DNA of 64,000 bases. Source: Elusimicrobiota bacterium. GTDB taxonomy: Bacteria > Elusimicrobiota > Elusimicrobia > UBA1565 > UBA9628. The notes beneath the pieces were generated by a model. The model was not told the origin of the DNA and ran no database searches. It was given only the letters and a program-made list of their open reading frames with translations. The translations under genes were made by a program, and so were the position numbers. Below, piece by piece: positions 60,174 to 64,000 of the stretch (the stretch's first letter is position 1; every line of letters begins with the position of its first letter). The stretch spans positions 1,748 to 65,747 of the forward strand of contig DAIDHS010000014.1 in assembly GCA_027451985.1 (NCBI GenBank), in the 5' to 3' direction.

Positions 60174-60767
60174 ATGCCCCCATCGCAGAAGGCCGCCGCG
60201 CCGGAGCTCTACGTCATCGCCGGCCCCAACGGGGCTGGAAAAACGACATTCGCGACTGAATTCCTGCCTCATTTCGCGAATTGCCGCGAATTTGTAAACG
60301 CAGATCTCATCGCGGGCGGCCTTTCCCCGTTCTCGCCCAGCGCGGCGGCAATCGAGGCAGGCCGGTTAATGCTTGCCAAAATCGAAGGGCTGGCCGCCCA
60401 ACGGCACACCTTTGCTTTCGAAACAACCTTGTCCGGCCGCAGCTATCTGGCCTTTTTCCGACGCCTCAAAGCGCGCGGGTATCGAATCCATATTATTTTT
60501 CTCTGGTTGCCCGGAGTCGATATCGCCATCCGCCGCGTAAAAGAGCGCGTCCAGCGCGGCGGCCATTCGGTTCCGGAGCCCGACATTCGGCGGCGGTTCG
60601 ACCGGGGAATCCGCAATCTGCTTGGCGATTACCAAGAGCTTGTCGACACGTGGACGCTCTTCGACAATTCGGGCGACCGGCCGCGCCTCGTCGCCTTGTT
60701 CAACGGCGCGGCAATCGCCGATATCGACAGCGCCCTATTTGATAAAATCAAAAGCAGGCTAAAATGA
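60174..60767 (+). CDS. Zeta-toxin-like P-loop kinase/ATPase (COG4185-type)
   Basis: AGPNGAGKTT, FVNAD, FETTLSG, RVQRGGH, FDNS. Confidence 0.85.
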   Translation: MPPSQKAAAPELYVIAGPNGAGKTTFATEFLPHFANCREFVNADLIAGGLSPFSPSAAAIEAGRLMLAKIEGLAAQRHTFAFETTLSGRSYLAFFRRLKARGYRIHIIFLWLPGVDIAIRRVKERVQRGGHSVPEPDIRRRFDRGIRNLLGDYQELVDTWTLFDNSGDRPRLVALFNGAAIADIDSALFDKIKSRLK

Positions 60768-60964
60768 ACGGAAAACGTAAACGTCCTCGCATCCCCCCCA
60801 TCGCCCGCAAAGCGGAGAAAGCCCTGCGCATCGCCGTCGCCAAGACGCTCGAGGATCACCGCCGAACCGGAGACCCTATCGTGGTCTGGAAAAACGGACG
60901 CGTCGTCACCATCCCCGCCAGCCGGATTCCGCGCTTGAAGCCCGCGCGGCGGCTTAAGAGTTAA
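60764..60964 (+). CDS. Small basic partner protein (putative antitoxin)
   Basis: ATGA coupling; G.PIVVWKNGRVV motif. Confidence 0.7.
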   Translation: MNGKRKRPRIPPIARKAEKALRIAVAKTLEDHRRTGDPIVVWKNGRVVTIPASRIPRLKPARRLKS

Positions 60965-61043
60965 GTCGGCCCAGCGCTATTGACTCAAGCGCGTGTGCGC
61001 CCTATCCTATGGGGCCTTCGAGTTTGCACGCCGCGCACGCGCG

Positions 61044-61922
61044 ATGCTGAAAATCAAAAGGGCCGCGACCAACAGCCTCCTCGCCTTGGGCGTGCTCCTG
61101 TCTTCCTGCGCGAAACAAAACCCGCGAATCGCTTTTAGGGACGCCGTGATTAAGGGCGACATCGCCGGCATGCAGGAGGCTTTAAAAGAGGGCGCCGATG
61201 TTAACGCCGAGGACAGGTACGGCGGAACGGCCATGGCCTACGCGGCACAGCATCATCACTGGGACATCGTTGAATTTCTGGCCGCCCACGGCGCAAATCC
61301 CAATACTCTTGGCCGAGGGAGATCAACCGCTTTAATGCAGATGAACGTGGGGATGACGCCTTTGATGTGGGCGGTTTATTCCAAGCGCGCCGATATGGTC
61401 AACTTTCTCATTGCGCATCATGCCGGCGCAGATGTTTTAAACAAGATGGGCTGGAGCGCTCTTAACTTCGCGATCCAGAATGACATGAGAGGTACCGCCA
61501 ATCTTCTCATCGCGCACGGCGCCGGCCTCAAAAGCCTGCGGGCCAGCGGAATGACGCCGCTCATCCAGAGCGTCTGGTTCAAGCATGAGAAAGAAGCCCG
61601 CAACCTTGTCGACCATGGCGCCGACGTCAACGCCCGGGATCAATGGAATATGACGCCGCTTTTGTACGCGGCAAAAGAAGATATGCAGGACACCGCCATT
61701 TTTTTAATTCGGCACGGCGCGAACACGAAGACTTTTGACAACGAAGGCCAAACGGCTTTGATTTGGGCCAGCAAAAACGACGAGCCGCGGCTTGCTCGGC
61801 TTTTAATCAAGAATGGCGCGAATCTTGGAATGAAGAACCTCAAGGGAGAGACGGCCCTCGAGATCGCCAAGCGCTTGCACCACGCGGACATCGCCAAGAT
61901 GATCCGGGACGCCGGCGGCTAA
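61044..61922 (+). CDS. Ankyrin-repeat lipoprotein
   Basis: Lipobox LSSC; repeated G.TPL..A...GADVN units. Confidence 0.88.
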   Translation: MLKIKRAATNSLLALGVLLSSCAKQNPRIAFRDAVIKGDIAGMQEALKEGADVNAEDRYGGTAMAYAAQHHHWDIVEFLAAHGANPNTLGRGRSTALMQMNVGMTPLMWAVYSKRADMVNFLIAHHAGADVLNKMGWSALNFAIQNDMRGTANLLIAHGAGLKSLRASGMTPLIQSVWFKHEKEARNLVDHGADVNARDQWNMTPLLYAAKEDMQDTAIFLIRHGANTKTFDNEGQTALIWASKNDEPRLARLLIKNGANLGMKNLKGETALEIAKRLHHADIAKMIRDAGG

Positions 61923-61957
61923 GCGGGCTATTTCCGAAATGCTATGCTCCCTCTACC

Positions 61958-62839
61958 ATGGAGAACAAACTGCGCTTAGGCGCGGCGCTGGCGGCGGGCC
62001 TGTTCCTCTTCGCTCCCCGGGCCCGGGCGGACGCGGGCTTTCGCCGGCACCATTACGCCGCCGGAGAAACCCTGCATTACCGCTACGAGGACACGGACAC
62101 CACTTTTGCGGCCGGCCGCAAAGACGGGATGATTGTGCCCGGCGCGCCGTTGCGCGTGCAGGAAATCCGCATCCCCGTGGCCATCAAGGTCCTGCGCGGG
62201 GCGCACGGGCTTGAGCGCGAACTGACCATCAGCCCCGCGGCCTGCTACCGCGCCGGCGCGCCGGGCGAATTCTCCAAGGCCCCCTGCCAAGCGCTCCATG
62301 CCGCGGACAAGAACATCCCCGAGGCCTTCTCCTACCGCTACCAAGACGACACGGCCGCCCTCGACTCCATGCAGGACATCTTCGCCAAAATCCGCAAGAG
62401 CCCCGTGGGCAGCTTCCTGTTCTACAAGATGGAGGACGTCCACCAGATGCAGGAGTCGGTCGAGAAAATTCCGGCCGGCATGCGGCCCGGGCAGATGAAG
62501 AGCTCCCCGGGCCACGAGCGGGGAGGCCTGGGCGGAAAATTCGTCTCGGGCTCCTCGCAGATCCTCTATGAGAGCACCGAGACCTTCGACGGGGTCAAGG
62601 CCGGCTATTTCAAGGCGACCAACCTGGGGAACCGGTTCTCGCTGCCTTCGGCCAAGGGGCTCAAGATCTACACGAATTTTTCCTTCACCGCGCACGTCGC
62701 TCTGGCCGGGCCGCGGCGGGGGCTTTTGCTCTTCGGGGAAGGCCAGGAGACGGCCTACGTCCTAAGAAAAGACGGGACGGGAATTTACCAGCCCGAAGTG
62801 ATTCTGCAGCGGCAGTTCTCCATCGGGCAAGGCTCGTAA
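61958..62839 (+). CDS. Secreted hypothetical protein
   Basis: Signal peptide ending ARA; GC3-rich codons. Confidence 0.7.
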   Translation: MENKLRLGAALAAGLFLFAPRARADAGFRRHHYAAGETLHYRYEDTDTTFAAGRKDGMIVPGAPLRVQEIRIPVAIKVLRGAHGLERELTISPAACYRAGAPGEFSKAPCQALHAADKNIPEAFSYRYQDDTAALDSMQDIFAKIRKSPVGSFLFYKMEDVHQMQESVEKIPAGMRPGQMKSSPGHERGGLGGKFVSGSSQILYESTETFDGVKAGYFKATNLGNRFSLPSAKGLKIYTNFSFTAHVALAGPRRGLLLFGEGQETAYVLRKDGTGIYQPEVILQRQFSIGQGS

Positions 62840-62994
62840 GCGCCCGGGACGCACTGTGCGCGTGTCCGCCCAAGCCCCAGGGCGGAGAAAACTCTAAGTA
62901 TTTTTCGAAAGAGATCTTCCATTGCGTTTGCGCCGCTTACACTACAATAAGTCCGCAGGCCCGGTTTGTCGTGTAACCATTCAAGCGCCGAAGC

Positions 62995-63067
62995 GCGCCT
63001 CAGGCGTTATACTGCGCGTCGCTGACTTTTTCCATCCACTCCACGGCCTGGCCGTCCTTGACGCCCT
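62995..63067. repeat. 73-bp direct repeat, copy 2
   Basis: Identical to 59966-60038. Confidence 0.92.
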
Positions 63068-63642
63068 CAATCGAACTTCAGCGGCTTGCGGCCGAAGTGC
63101 TCTTCCAGGACGATGTTGAAGGTCTGATCCAGCGCGGGCAGGCGGCCGACGTAATAACCCCGCGCGACTTTGTAGTAGGCGATGAGCTTTTTGACGTCCG
63201 CCCGGCGTTCCTCGGCCAGGAAGCGGATGTCCTCGCGGTCCCGGTCGTTGTAGCGGCTAAGCTTGCTCAGGATGAGATCTTCCTTGCCCATGGCCAGAAT
63301 GCGCAAATGCTTGAGCCGCCCCTTTAGAATCTCGACGCTGCGTTCCTGCCACTCCGGCTCCGCGATGAGCATGAGGGTCGTATTCGCAGGCTGGAAGTAG
63401 ATTTGGTGCTTCTTCGCCAGCGGCGTGCCCTCGCCGGCAAGTTTTTCGAGTTTGCTCCGAATCCGCCCGTCCGCGACCCAGGCGTCGATGTCGGTCGTTC
63501 CGCGCTTCATGCCGTACGCGATGACCGCCGCCGCGCCGCCCAGCACGTAAAGCGCGATTTTGGCGGGGAGATTCTCCCCCGCGAAGCTCGCGTCGATCTC
63601 TTTTAGGAATTCGAAGAGCTCTTCTTCGCCCGCCTGCTTCAT
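63067..63642 (-). CDS. DUF6036-like nucleotidyltransferase (putative toxin)
   Basis: LGGAA, TTDID, DLILSKL...DREDI; ATGA coupling. Confidence 0.78.
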   Translation of the reverse strand: MKQAGEEELFEFLKEIDASFAGENLPAKIALYVLGGAAAVIAYGMKRGTTDIDAWVADGRIRSKLEKLAGEGTPLAKKHQIYFQPANTTLMLIAEPEWQERSVEILKGRLKHLRILAMGKEDLILSKLSRYNDRDREDIRFLAEERRADVKKLIAYYKVARGYYVGRLPALDQTFNIVLEEHFGRKPLKFD

Positions 63643-64000
63643 CGCGGGAGATAACGTCTGAACGAGTCCAAATCGGCCGACGCCAGGCCGTGCCAAAACC
63701 GCAGCCATTGCGGAGTCCTCTCCCGCAGAAAATCGAGCGCCGCGCCGGTCTTGGGCCTGGTCCCCACGACTTCTTCCCGGTCGAGCTTCTTTTCCGCCAG
63801 GCCGTCATGCAGGCTTTGGAGGGTTTCCCACACCTTCGCGTCGACGCCCTTGGCCGCGCTCTTGAGCTTCAAGGCCGCGGCCAGGACCATGCCGAGCCGG
63901 TTCTGCAGGCCCAAAGCGTAGGCGCACGAGGCCAGCTTCGTCCAATCGACCTCGTCCGCGCGCGTCAAAAGCAGCGCGGGCAGCGCTTCGAACACGCGCG
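63639..64000 (-). CDS. Partner protein of the nucleotidyltransferase (truncated by the window edge)
   Basis: EALP...DW..L...LQNRLG; coupled stop/start. Confidence 0.6.
   Translation of the reverse strand, partial: RVFEALPALLLTRADEVDWTKLASCAYALGLQNRLGMVLAAALKLKSAAKGVDAKVWETLQSLHDGLAEKKLDREEVVGTRPKTGAALDFLRERTPQWLRFWHGLASADLDSFRRYLPR

Noticed and set aside
56830-64000. Integron cassette array
   Set aside because: Genes lie on both strands, no recurring attC-like RYYYAAC...GTTRRRY sites were seen, and the integrase remnant is too short to classify

Overview
High-GC bacterial chromosomal window from a diderm organism. TolC, porins, a PorV-like barrel next to a FlgD-Ig/CTD-tailed protease and a TMTC-like GT-C protein suggest Elusimicrobiota (inference only). 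The main feature is a tightly coupled minus-strand RiPP operon at 5500-20449. It encodes two NHLP precursors with near-identical leaders and R-C-x-x-S-C-G-x-S-x-x-C-x-x-x-S cores, a GNAT acyltransferase, a UPF0489 peptide arginase, a JmjC/cupin oxygenase, a CCG-type LanM and a full type I export set. This is a selidamide-like fatty-acylated lanthipeptide cluster. It is headed by an unusual gene fusing a cNMP-like domain to a core-less NHLP leader and directly preceded by a pentameric ligand-gated ion channel. Also present: a CysM/JAB/ubiquitin-like-MoeZ sulfur-relay operon, housekeeping genes (glpK, typA, pepP, pilT), tRNA-Asn and tRNA-Arg, an AT-rich C-protein-regulated restriction-modification island with an integrase remnant, a palindrome-dense intergenic block, and a toxin-antitoxin-rich region with a 73-bp direct repeat. 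All calls come from motifs read by eye; no database searches were run.
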